From the NCBI GenBank assembly GCA_903847485.1, contig CAINDV010000247.1, forward strand, positions 1 through 43,993: DNA of 43,993 nt. Direction: 5' to 3'. The stretch's first letter is position 1; the number at the start of each line of letters is the position of its first letter. The stretch comes from an uncultured Verrucomicrobiota bacterium. GTDB taxonomy: Bacteria > Verrucomicrobiota > Verrucomicrobiia > Limisphaerales > JAJXZI01. The notes beneath the pieces were generated by a model. That model saw nothing but the letters and a program-made list of their open reading frames with translations, made no database searches and had not been told where the DNA came from. The translations under genes and the position numbers were made by a program. Below are positions 15,186-24,783 of the stretch, in pieces.

Positions 15186-18100
15186 GTGAAACCTATGAAC
15201 TGTACTCATGCCATGACAACGACCCTCAACCGTTGCGCCAAACTGTTCCTGGGCCACCAAGCCAGTGTGTTCGGACTGCTCTGCGCCGCCGTCTTTTTGC
15301 TGCTTGGCCGGAGCGCACCCGCCGCCACCATTACCAGCACGGCCAGCGGCGGCCCTTGGACCACCAATGCAACTTGGGTTGGCGGCGTGCTGCCAGCGGC
15401 CGGTGATGACGTGGTCATTGCTACTACAACCGGCAACCAAGTTACACTTAACATCAGTACCAACGCGGCTTCAGTGACGATCAACTTGGGTGCCACGCTT
15501 GGATTCAACAACGACAATGTTAATAACCGCGTACTAACCATGGCCGGAAATCTTGTCAATAATGGGACCATCACATTAGGCACGGGTGGAGGGAGCAGTC
15601 CCACGGCGCAATTAGCTTTTAGCGGCCTAGGCCGCACCTGGACTGGCTCGGGCGACATCTCAGGCGTCAAGTGTAGAATCACGGTAAGCAGTGGTGGTTC
15701 CCTGGACATTTCCGGTCTGACGACACCTTTGAAACTCAGGACAGGTACAGGCAGCCAGCCCTTCAACGTCAACGGAACGCTCATCACCGGCACTCAAGTC
15801 ATCAACAATAATGCCAACACATCCATGCTGGTCACTTTTGGTGCCAGCTCGAGCCTGGTCACCGCCAATCCTAACGGAATCGTCAATGGCACTGTGGGAA
15901 CCTTTAACTTCAATCTAAGCCAGCTTGTCTTTACTCCCGGTGCCAATGTCACCTTCAACGGCACCGCTGCTCAAGTTACCACCGGTCTGCCGGCTACGAT
16001 TGCCAATTTGACCATCAACAACACTGGTCCGGGCGTCACCCTCAGCCAAGCCACGACGGTGACCAACCTAACACTAACCAGTGGCACCTTGACCACGACC
16101 GCCGCCAATCTGCTCACCATCGCCTCCGGTGGCACGGGCATCACCGGCGGTTCGTCCAGTGCCTACGTGCATGGCCCGCTGGCCCAGGTGTATGCGGCTA
16201 CCGGCTCCAAAACGTTTCCCACGGGCAAGGGTGGCAATCAGCGCAGCGTGACACTCGACTACACCGCACTCACCGGCCCGAGCACGGTGACCGTGGAACA
16301 GTTTGAATCCGCGATGGCCGGCACACTCCCGGCCAACACGGCGCAATTCAACAGCCGTTACTGGACAGTTGCGCAGAGTGGCGGTACGGGCATCGGCTAC
16401 CGCCTGACGCTGGACGGCACGGGCTTTTCGCCAGTCGGCACGGCGGTGGTGCTTCAGGAAGGTTCGCCGGACGCGAGCTACAGCGCGACCTTCGCGTCAC
16501 CCAATTACACGGCTACTGGTATCGCCTCCACGGGTAATTTTACGCTGGGCGATTTCACGGCCGGGCTGGATCAACTGGCCTTCACAACCGCGCCGCAAAC
16601 GCTGACGGCCGGCGTGACCTCCGGCACTATCACCGTGCAGCTTCAGGATGCGGGCGGCACTCCCAAGAACGCGGCGGCGGGCTTGGCTGTCAATCTAAGT
16701 TCAGCCTCGGGAACGGGTGTCTTCCGTGACCTGGCGGACACGACCACGATCACTACGGTCACGATTGCCGCCGGTAACAACAGCGCGAGTTTCAAGTATA
16801 AAGACACGACTGCCCCCGGCACCCCTACGCTCACCGCCTCCGGCGCCGGCGTGGCCTCCACCACCCAGCAGCAGATCGTTAATGTGGGGGCGGCGGTGCA
16901 ACTCGGCTTCACCACGCCGCCAGTCAGCACCTATTTCAATTACACCATGGCCCCGGTCGTGGTGCAGGTCCAGGATGGGTATGGCAACAGTGTCCAGCAG
17001 AGCGGCACGGCCATCACGCTGACACTCAACAACGGTGGCGCGGCGGTGCTTACCGGCACCAACCCGCGGAACACCGATGCCACCGGGAAGGCGACGTTCA
17101 GCAATCTGGCCGTCACGGTGGCCCCCGGCGCCGGCCTGAATCTGGGTGCGGCGGGTGGCAGTTTGCCCCCAATCACCAGCAGTAACTTCGACATCACTTA
17201 TCGGCAGATCGTCAAGGCCAAGAACGCCACTGCGCTGGACCAAGCGGCTAGCTGGACGGGCGGTGTCGTTCCCGGTGCCAATGACACCGTCGTGATTAAC
17301 AATTCGAGTGTCGGCACCAGCGCACTTAGTCGGACGGACTTCGGGGTCTCGGCGAGTTGGTATGGACTGATCGTTAGCAACTGGACGGCGAATACCGGCT
17401 ACACGATTTCCAACACCCTCGGCGGCACACTGACACTGGGGTTGGGTGGCCTCGTGGGGGCGGATGTGAACCATAGCCTCACGCTGAGCAACCACTTCGC
17501 CCTTGCCGTCGCCCAAACGTGGAACTGGGGCGATGCCAACAGTACCAGTGGCACGCTGAACCTCAATGGCAACCTTGACAACAATGGTCAGACACTAACG
17601 GTCAACAATATCCGGGTGGTTTCGGTGACCGGAAGCATCAGCGGCAGCGGGGGCTTGGTTAAACAGGGGTCTAACCAGCTTCGACTCTTAGCGGCGAACA
17701 GCTATTCCGGCCCCACGAAGGTCAGTGGTGGCACCTTGCGCGTAGAAGGTTCGCTGGACAGCAGCACAACCATGACGGTCACGAACAGCCGACTCGACGG
17801 CTTTGGCACAGTCGGCGGGCCGGTCACCATTGGCACCGGTGGCTCACTTGAGCCGGGGAGCGGGGCCATTGGCACGCTCACGTTGAACTCCGTGCCAACT
17901 CTCCACGGCGCGGTGGTTATGGAGATCAATTCAACCAATATTACCAAGGCTGACTTGCTGACGCTGACGTCGGGCACCCTTGCCTATGACGGAGCTTTAA
18001 CCATCAATAACATGGGTCCGATCCCGCAGAATGGAGATACCTTCAAACTGTTCCATGCCAGCAGCGGAAACTATAGCGGTGCCTTTACCTCCCTGACGTT

Positions 18101-18686
18101 GTCGCCGGGCGGCCTAACGCACTGGCAGACAGCCAATCTTACGGTGGACGGCACTGTCACTTTCACCAATAACAACCCGGTGGCCGCGAATTTCAACCTC
18201 GCCCTGCCGGTGGGCGGAGCGGCGACGGTGGCGGTGATTGCCAAGTATGTGACCGATGCGGATGCAGGCGACACGCTGACCATTGCGGCGGTATCCACTC
18301 CGGCCAATGGCACCGTCAGCATCGTGGGCAGCACCAACCTTACTTACACCTCGACCAACAGTGCGGCCAGCGACAGTTTCACCTACACCGTGAGCGACGG
18401 CCTGGGCGGCACGGACACGAAGACCGTGACCGTTGCGACCTACAGTCCAAGTCCAGAAGGCTTCAATAAGTTGTCCGGTCCGACCCCGGTTGGCGGCGGA
18501 CAATATACGCTGACTTATCTCGGCATTCCGGGCCTGAAGTACGCGCTGGACGAAACGGCAAGCCTGACGCCGCCGATCACTTGGTCGCCGGTGGTGACCA
18601 ACACCGCGAGTGGAACGGGCGGCCTTACCTTCACCTTCACGACCGCCAACCCTGCAGGCTACTTTCGCACCCGCTATGTGCCTTGA
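15186..18686 (+). CDS. Giant secreted autotransporter-associated beta-strand-repeat protein with a cadherin/VCBS-like module and a C-terminal F-R tail domain
   Basis: 1166-aa ORF. Signal-like N-terminus LLCAAVFLLLGRSAPAAT, Thr/Gly/Asn-rich beta repeats, PATR-like GGLVKQGSNQLRLLAANSYSGPTKVSGGTLRVEG, then DADAGDTLTIAAVSTPANGTVSI...DSFTYTVSDGLGGTDT. It ends ...GYFRTRYVP. An alternative ATG lies at 15195. Confidence 0.85.
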   Translation: MKPMNCTHAMTTTLNRCAKLFLGHQASVFGLLCAAVFLLLGRSAPAATITSTASGGPWTTNATWVGGVLPAAGDDVVIATTTGNQVTLNISTNAASVTINLGATLGFNNDNVNNRVLTMAGNLVNNGTITLGTGGGSSPTAQLAFSGLGRTWTGSGDISGVKCRITVSSGGSLDISGLTTPLKLRTGTGSQPFNVNGTLITGTQVINNNANTSMLVTFGASSSLVTANPNGIVNGTVGTFNFNLSQLVFTPGANVTFNGTAAQVTTGLPATIANLTINNTGPGVTLSQATTVTNLTLTSGTLTTTAANLLTIASGGTGITGGSSSAYVHGPLAQVYAATGSKTFPTGKGGNQRSVTLDYTALTGPSTVTVEQFESAMAGTLPANTAQFNSRYWTVAQSGGTGIGYRLTLDGTGFSPVGTAVVLQEGSPDASYSATFASPNYTATGIASTGNFTLGDFTAGLDQLAFTTAPQTLTAGVTSGTITVQLQDAGGTPKNAAAGLAVNLSSASGTGVFRDLADTTTITTVTIAAGNNSASFKYKDTTAPGTPTLTASGAGVASTTQQQIVNVGAAVQLGFTTPPVSTYFNYTMAPVVVQVQDGYGNSVQQSGTAITLTLNNGGAAVLTGTNPRNTDATGKATFSNLAVTVAPGAGLNLGAAGGSLPPITSSNFDITYRQIVKAKNATALDQAASWTGGVVPGANDTVVINNSSVGTSALSRTDFGVSASWYGLIVSNWTANTGYTISNTLGGTLTLGLGGLVGADVNHSLTLSNHFALAVAQTWNWGDANSTSGTLNLNGNLDNNGQTLTVNNIRVVSVTGSISGSGGLVKQGSNQLRLLAANSYSGPTKVSGGTLRVEGSLDSSTTMTVTNSRLDGFGTVGGPVTIGTGGSLEPGSGAIGTLTLNSVPTLHGAVVMEINSTNITKADLLTLTSGTLAYDGALTINNMGPIPQNGDTFKLFHASSGNYSGAFTSLTLSPGGLTHWQTANLTVDGTVTFTNNNPVAANFNLALPVGGAATVAVIAKYVTDADAGDTLTIAAVSTPANGTVSIVGSTNLTYTSTNSAASDSFTYTVSDGLGGTDTKTVTVATYSPSPEGFNKLSGPTPVGGGQYTLTYLGIPGLKYALDETASLTPPITWSPVVTNTASGTGGLTFTFTTANPAGYFRTRYVP

Positions 18687-18737
18687 ACGCGGCACAGCCA
18701 CAACCGTCCAACGTAGGAAGACGTAACCATGACACTT

Positions 18738-18783
18738 CCCGGCGGGCCGCTGGTTGTCCACACTCTACCCGACATGGCAGCCG
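18738..18783 (+). promoter_or_regulatory. Copy 3 of the conserved box upstream of giant gene 2
   Basis: cccggcgggccgctggttgtccacactctacccgacatggcagccg lies ~143 nt before the ATG at 18926. Confidence 0.45.
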
Positions 18784-18925
18784 GACAGGGATGCGGCAGA
18801 CTCGTCGCCGAAGATGCAAGCACCGCCATGTCAATCAGCGTTCACCCGAACCCCGGTGCCTGCATTGCAGTTCGCAAGATTGAGATCCGATGAATTGAAC
18901 ACAGAAACACACAAATCATAAATCC

Positions 18926-21900
18926 ATGAAAGCAAGACACACCTCCTCACGGACACTGGCCGCGCTTGTGGCTGGTCTTCTCATCACAGACCTGGCTTCC
19001 GCCGCTACCAACACTTGGAGTGGTGCGAGCGCCCCCGACTTGTTCTGGTCCACCGCTGGCAATTGGCTTGGCGGCATACCCGCCGCAACCAATGCGACCA
19101 TGTTCGACGACACCGACGCCACGGGAATCTCCGGCCCGTACGGAACGGCAAACAACATCGTGAACGCCAGTGTCGCGATCCAGACCTTGAAGTATGGCAA
19201 CACCAATGGGTTTCACACCACCCAGATTCTGCTGGGTTCGACGCTGACCGTCACCGGCAGCGTAAGCCCAAACGTGTACGTCGGTACGGGCGCGGACAAT
19301 GGCAATGCCCAGATAGTTTATGCCACCGTGTTGGGGCAGGGTGGGCTGCACGTGACCAACAACAGTGGTGCGATTTTGATCATCCAGGGGAGTCAAACCA
19401 GCGGCGCTACCAAGCGTGCCACGTTGGACATGGAAGGCTTGGACAACTTTACCGCCTACGTCAGACAAATCCGGGTGGGAGCTGAAAACGGCGGGAGCAG
19501 CACTCCGTGGTTTAACCGCGGCGCGGGAACGCTGATCCTTGCCAGAACAAATCTGGCCTTTCTGAGCAGTCCCGCTGGGACTCCGGGTTTGTTCGTCTCC
19601 GAGGGTTCTGGCAGTTCGGCAGTAAATATCGTCAGGTTGGGCCAGACGAACGCCATCTTCAACGACGCCGGAATTACCGTGGGCGGTAGGAAATCGGACA
19701 ACGGCACCGTCATGTCATTCAATCCTGCATTCACTTCGCCCAGCGCGTTCTTTCGCAATCTCGCCGGCACCGGGCGGCAGGCCTTGTGGGCGGTCGGTGA
19801 TAACGTCAGGCAGAGCTCCACCCTCCCCTCCACCTCCTCCGGTGCCTCCACCGGGGTGATTGACTTCAGCAACGGCACGGTGGACGCGCAAGTCAGCACT
19901 ATCGTTATCGGTCGCGGTCCGTCGGGTTCGGGTGATACCGGCAAAGGCACGGGCACTCTCACCTTTGATGGCGGCACGCTTAACACAGACGCTTTGGATA
20001 TCGGTGTGTCCTCAACCGCAAACGTCGCTGCCGGCGTCGGCACCATTAATGTCAATGGTTCCGGATTATTGGTGGTCAACACACTCCACCGCCTGGCGGT
20101 GGGCGCAGCCGCCTCCGGCACCCTCAACATCAACGGCGGAACGGTGCGGGCGAACAGCATCGTCAATGGCGGCGGAACAACCACGGCCGACATCTACATG
20201 AATGGCGGAACGCTGGTGCTGACCAACACCGCGGGGAGCATCGTCGCCCCAATCCTCAATTTCACCATGGCCGACTCTACTCTTACCCTGCCCGTGACCA
20301 GCACCGCCAGCAACATTGTCGTTACCACGCTTTCGACGGGCGGCACCACGACCAACAACACCATCAACGTGCTTTCCCTGCCGACCATCACGGGTTATTC
20401 GACGCAGTTCCCGTTGATCAGCTATACCTACTTCACTCCCTCTGGTGGCCCTGATTTCCTGCTGGGCAGTCTGCCTGTCAGTTCGCCGCCCTATGAGGGG
20501 TATATCTCCAACAACACCACAACCAGCACGATTGATCTCGTCATTACCAAAGGTCCCACTCCGACGCAGGTGCTGTTCTGGAATGGCAACGTGAGCGGCG
20601 GCAACTGGGATACCACCACGGCCAACTGGCGCAATGCCAGCCTCGCCGCTGCCATTTTCCGGCCAGGCGACTTCGTCAACTTTGACGATTCGGCCAGCGG
20701 CACCACCACGGCGGCCCTCACCGGGACTTTGCTTCCGGGTTCGCTCACTGTTAGCAATGTCACCAAGCCTTACACCTTCAGCGGTTCCGGCAATATCGGC
20801 GGAGCCATCGCCCTGACCAAGGCCGGCACCGGAATGCTGACGATTGCCAACACCGGCATCAACACCTTCAGCAACGGCGTCAGCATCCTGGATGGCACGG
20901 TGAAACTCAGCGGCGGAACGGACCGGTTACCCACTGATTCCATTGTGACGCTGGCCGATGTTGCCGGCGCGAAGCTTGACCTGAACAACCTGAACCAGAC
21001 GCTCCGCTCGTTGAACGGCGGTGGTTTCAACGGCGGTGATGTTACGCTCGGCTCGGCCACGCTGACCGACTGGAGCGGCGGCACTTACGGCGGCGTCATT
21101 AGTGGCTCCGGCCAGTTGATCAAGACAAATTGGCCCGGCGGCCCGACTGGTGTGCTCACTCTCACGAACGCCAACACTTACACCGGCGGCACGATTATCG
21201 GTGGTTACACCAACGCCACCACTCTGGCCGTGGGGAACCAGACCGGCAGTGGCACCGGCAGCGGCTCCGTGCAGGTGCTGACTAATGGCGTCCTTTCCCT
21301 TGGAGCGGGTGCCACCGGCGGCAGTGTGGCCGCCGGAACTATTACCAACAGCGGCATCGTCCGACTGAATCGTGGTGACGACTTCGTCTTTACCAACACC
21401 GTCGTCGGCGCGGGCGGGCTGCAAAAGCAGAACACCAACGTCGTCTCTATCTCGGGTGCCAACCCTTACCTTGGGATAACCGCGCTTGACCTTGGCACGC
21501 TGCGCGTCGCCAACGCCGGTGCCTTGGGCATCGGGACCGTTGTCGTCGGTAATGGCGCCGCCACGCTTCAATTGACGAATGGCATCACGCTGACCAATTC
21601 GCTTTACATCGGCAGCAAGCCGAGCGGAACCGGCCCGGTGCCCTGCGTGGAAAACATCAGCGGCAACAACACCTTGACCGGTTCGCTTTCCCTGACTCAA
21701 AACGGCGGCGTCGGCTGGCTGTTCTCCGCGACAGACGGACACCTGCTCGTCTCCGGCACAATGTCTCGCCTGGATTCCAGCCAAACCAGCCAGAACACCA
21801 CCCGCATATTCTGGCTGCGGGGCGACGCGACCGGCGAGTGGAGCGGCAGCATCATTGACCCGGTAGGTGGCACCACCAACCTGGCGCTGCGCAAGGACGG

Positions 21901-22591
21901 CCTGGGCACTTGGACCCTCTCCGGCGCGAACACCTACACCGGTCCTACCGTGGTCAGCAACGGCACCTTGCTCGTCAGCGGATCCATCGCTGGCAGCAGC
22001 AGCGTCACCGTGCAAGGCGGCACCTTGGCTGGCACCGGCACCATCGCCGGCCCGGTGACCGTCAACGCCCTGGGCACCCTCGCCCCCGGCGCTTCCATCG
22101 GCGCGTTGACCATCAACAACGACCTGACCCTTGCCGGCACGACCGTCATGGAAGTCTCGCACGCCGCGACCGATCGCGTGACCGGCCTCGGCACAGTGAC
22201 TCTCGGCGGCACGCTGCAAGTCGTCGTCCAAGGCACGCTCAGTGGCAACGAAGTGTTCAAGCTCTTCTCCGCCACGAGTTACACCGGCAATTTTACCTAT
22301 TACGACCTTCCGCTCCTCCCCAATCCACTCGGTTGGGACTACTCCACGGTGGCTGTTGACGGAACCCTCAAGATCACTGGCGGTGCCCCCATACTGGGAG
22401 TCTCGCAAGCCGGCAATGTCCTGACCTTTACCTGGACTGAACCCGGCTTCAGACTCCAGGCGCAGACCAACTCGCTCACTGTCGGCCTCAGCAGCAACTG
22501 GGGAGATTATCCCAGCGGCACCTCCAGTCCGGTGAACGTGACGATCAGTCCGGCGAACCCAACGGTGTTCTTCCGGTTGGTCTCACCGTAA
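18926..22591 (+). CDS. Giant secreted autotransporter-associated beta-strand-repeat protein with a C-terminal F-R tail domain
   Basis: 1221-aa ORF. Signal peptide LAALVAGLLITDLASAAT followed by NTWSGASAPDLFWSTAGNWLGG. Multiple PATR-like repeats (GTGMLTIANTGINTFSNGVSILDGTVKL; GLGTWTLSGANTYTGPTVVSNGTLLVSG). It ends ...TVFFRLVSP. Confidence 0.85.
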   Translation: MKARHTSSRTLAALVAGLLITDLASAATNTWSGASAPDLFWSTAGNWLGGIPAATNATMFDDTDATGISGPYGTANNIVNASVAIQTLKYGNTNGFHTTQILLGSTLTVTGSVSPNVYVGTGADNGNAQIVYATVLGQGGLHVTNNSGAILIIQGSQTSGATKRATLDMEGLDNFTAYVRQIRVGAENGGSSTPWFNRGAGTLILARTNLAFLSSPAGTPGLFVSEGSGSSAVNIVRLGQTNAIFNDAGITVGGRKSDNGTVMSFNPAFTSPSAFFRNLAGTGRQALWAVGDNVRQSSTLPSTSSGASTGVIDFSNGTVDAQVSTIVIGRGPSGSGDTGKGTGTLTFDGGTLNTDALDIGVSSTANVAAGVGTINVNGSGLLVVNTLHRLAVGAAASGTLNINGGTVRANSIVNGGGTTTADIYMNGGTLVLTNTAGSIVAPILNFTMADSTLTLPVTSTASNIVVTTLSTGGTTTNNTINVLSLPTITGYSTQFPLISYTYFTPSGGPDFLLGSLPVSSPPYEGYISNNTTTSTIDLVITKGPTPTQVLFWNGNVSGGNWDTTTANWRNASLAAAIFRPGDFVNFDDSASGTTTAALTGTLLPGSLTVSNVTKPYTFSGSGNIGGAIALTKAGTGMLTIANTGINTFSNGVSILDGTVKLSGGTDRLPTDSIVTLADVAGAKLDLNNLNQTLRSLNGGGFNGGDVTLGSATLTDWSGGTYGGVISGSGQLIKTNWPGGPTGVLTLTNANTYTGGTIIGGYTNATTLAVGNQTGSGTGSGSVQVLTNGVLSLGAGATGGSVAAGTITNSGIVRLNRGDDFVFTNTVVGAGGLQKQNTNVVSISGANPYLGITALDLGTLRVANAGALGIGTVVVGNGAATLQLTNGITLTNSLYIGSKPSGTGPVPCVENISGNNTLTGSLSLTQNGGVGWLFSATDGHLLVSGTMSRLDSSQTSQNTTRIFWLRGDATGEWSGSIIDPVGGTTNLALRKDGLGTWTLSGANTYTGPTVVSNGTLLVSGSIAGSSSVTVQGGTLAGTGTIAGPVTVNALGTLAPGASIGALTINNDLTLAGTTVMEVSHAATDRVTGLGTVTLGGTLQVVVQGTLSGNEVFKLFSATSYTGNFTYYDLPLLPNPLGWDYSTVAVDGTLKITGGAPILGVSQAGNVLTFTWTEPGFRLQAQTNSLTVGLSSNWGDYPSGTSSPVNVTISPANPTVFFRLVSP

Positions 22592-22630
22592 CAAGGCTTG
22601 GTCAGGCCGGAGTTCGTCCAACAACCAATC

Positions 22631-23389
22631 ATGACTGGCCTTCCTTTCAGCCGAGGCGCGTTCGGTAACCACCCCACGGTTGCCAGGCGGGCCTTCACCC
22701 TGATCGAACTCCTGGTCGTCATTGCCATCATCGCCATCCTGGCGGGCCTGTTGCTGCCGGCGCTTGCCAAGGCCAAGGACAAAGCCAAGCGCATCGGTTG
22801 CCTGAACAACCTCAGGCAGATGGGGCTGGGCAGCCGCATGTATGCGGACGACAACAACGGCTACCTGGCGGCGAACAGCCGCGGCAAGACGACGCGCGAC
22901 ACGGCTGACGACGATTTGTCCTGGCTCTATTTGAGTTACATTTCCGGCGCCAATTCCTTTCTTTGCCTGGCGACGCGGCACGAGATCCGCACGAACCTCG
23001 ACAACAGTTGGGGGCGGCCTTTGCTGGTGGACCTGCTCGAAAACGCGGCGGACAAGAAAACCGGCGATGGTATCCACGGCCATAGTTACGAAGTTCTCAA
23101 CGACATGGCCAGTGACAGCCAGTACCGGCTGACGGAGAACCTTGTCTCCAGCTACACCATCCAGACCTTTACGCCCCTGATCGGCACCAAGCCCGGTCCT
23201 TCGGTCCTGTGGCTGATTTTTGATTCCGACGACGCCGGCGTCAACGTCGAGTGGGGCAAGGAAGACAATCACGGTACCGCCGGCGGAAACGTGACCTACT
23301 GCGACGGCCACGCCGCCTGGGTGCCCAACAAGCGCCACAACTTCGAGTGGAATCGCACCCGGGATTTGAACAAGTTCCCCAGTTACTGA
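22631..23389 (+). CDS. Prepilin-type N-terminal cleavage/methylation domain protein (pseudopilin-like, H-X9-DG class)
   Basis: [31 protein letters not shown] is a class III signal/methylation motif, and the C-terminus has [14 protein letters not shown]. The ORF track start at 22598 is TTG, so the ATG at 22631 is preferred. It begins 40 nt after the giant gene stop. Confidence 0.85.
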   Translation: MTGLPFSRGAFGNHPTVARRAFTLIELLVVIAIIAILAGLLLPALAKAKDKAKRIGCLNNLRQMGLGSRMYADDNNGYLAANSRGKTTRDTADDDLSWLYLSYISGANSFLCLATRHEIRTNLDNSWGRPLLVDLLENAADKKTGDGIHGHSYEVLNDMASDSQYRLTENLVSSYTIQTFTPLIGTKPGPSVLWLIFDSDDAGVNVEWGKEDNHGTAGGNVTYCDGHAAWVPNKRHNFEWNRTRDLNKFPSY

Positions 23390-23420
23390 AGGGCGCGGAG
23401 TTGGTCGTACGAAGAGACTC

Positions 23421-24149
23421 ATGAAACAAGCAAACTACGGAACCGGCCACGCGCCGGGAAGACACGCGCCGGCGTTCACCTTGATCGAACTGCTGGTCGT
23501 CATTGCCATCATCGCGATCCTCGCCGGATTGCTTCTGCCCGCGCTGGCCAACGCCAAGCGCAAGGCCCAACAGATCAACTGCGCGAGCAACTTCAAGCAG
23601 ATCGGCCTCGCCCTGACCATGTACATCGGCGACAACAACGACACGCTCTGTGGCGGCATGAACGGCAGCGAGAAGGCTGGGCTGCAAAATGGCCAGCGTC
23701 CGGGCTATGACGACACCCAGCAGTCGGTGAAGTTCCTCGCGACCTACCTTTGCACTTACATGGGCCAGCCCCCGCCTGCCCCCACCTATCGGGTCATCAA
23801 GGCCTTTGTGTGTCCCGGCTTCCAGAAAGCCATGCCTTTCGTGGTTACCAACACCGTGGTCTTTGGTTTCCCCCCGGCGGGCAGTGCGACGAATCTGGAT
23901 AACCCGGTGCCCTTTCGCATCTTTGGCTACTACAATCCCCCGGAGGCACCGCACCGCATTCCAGAGATCATGTCCTACGCCCCGATCACCGGGGTCGGAG
24001 TCACGGGCGACTTCGACCAGTGGTCCACGGATTCCGCCGGCTGGCGGGATCAACTGCCGCTAAAACCAGTGCATGGCAAGATGAGAAACTGGATGTTCCT
24101 AGACGGACACGTCGCGACCCGCAAAGCCTTGTACGATGTCAAGTTTTGA
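23421..24149 (+). CDS. Prepilin-type N-terminal cleavage/methylation domain protein (pseudopilin-like, H-X9-DG class)
   Basis: [35 protein letters not shown], and a C-terminal [13 protein letters not shown] that fits H-X9-DG exactly. Confidence 0.85.
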   Translation: MKQANYGTGHAPGRHAPAFTLIELLVVIAIIAILAGLLLPALANAKRKAQQINCASNFKQIGLALTMYIGDNNDTLCGGMNGSEKAGLQNGQRPGYDDTQQSVKFLATYLCTYMGQPPPAPTYRVIKAFVCPGFQKAMPFVVTNTVVFGFPPAGSATNLDNPVPFRIFGYYNPPEAPHRIPEIMSYAPITGVGVTGDFDQWSTDSAGWRDQLPLKPVHGKMRNWMFLDGHVATRKALYDVKF

Positions 24150-24378
24150 GGGTGGGCCGCTATGGTTTTGTTGTTGCTACATCGCCAGTTGTGGAAAGGC
24201 ACAGCGTCTTGAAAGCGCGGTGCGTGAGCTTCGTTGTGATATGGAGTCTAAGTCTGGCCTGAACTGGTCGGTCGGTCGGCTTGGAGCGCGGACAGGAATG
24301 TACGCGCCCCGAGCCAAACTGAGAATTGCTGAATCATGAGGTTAGCGTGGTGCAAGAATTCGAGCCGAGGCACATCTG

Positions 24379-24783
24379 GTGGCTTCGACCAAGGTGCCAG
24401 GCGACTTGAAGGTGAACTACGACCGCAAGGGCGCGACGGTGTCGGAAGCAATAGGTTATGGGATGCTGCTGGCCGTCTATCTGGCGGGCGCAGACGCCAA
24501 CGTCCGAACTTACTTCAACGGTTTGAATCGCTTCGGCAAACGCTATTCGTCCAGCCACAAGCGCGAAGACAGCAACATGTTATTCGGGAACGCTCCCCCC
24601 AACGAAAGCTATCGCATCCTGGCTGCGACCAATGCGGCGCAGCCGCTATCCGACTGGGCCGCGTTGACCAACAGCCTGGCCACCGACGGCGTTTCCCGTT
24701 TCACCGATTTTCAAGCCAGTAATTACCCACGGCGATTCTATCGCCTACAGTCACCATATAAACATCGGAACATTAATATATGA
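24379..24783 (+). pseudogene. Chimeric remnant: a GH8-like fragment fused to a secreted-protein C-terminal tail module
   Basis: GATVSEAIGYGMLLAVYLAG resembles the catalytic-region signature of glycoside hydrolase family 8. The C-terminal ...AQPLSDWAALTNSLATDGVSRFTDFQASNYPRRFYRLQSP matches the tail module of the giant proteins. At 134 aa with no signal peptide it is far too short for either family. Confidence 0.4.

Noticed and set aside
20927-22408. Long antisense ORFs opposite confirmed genes. Examples: 493 aa at 20927-22408 (-), 339 aa at 13241-14260 (-), 390 aa at 39309-40481 (+), 362 aa at 40965-42053 (+), 271 aa at 16701-17516 (-), 299 aa at 11386-12285 (-).
   Set aside because: They are typical shadow ORFs of a high-GC genome. 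Their translations are Arg/Gly/Ala/Pro-rich with no motifs, and each lies opposite a gene with clear family signatures.
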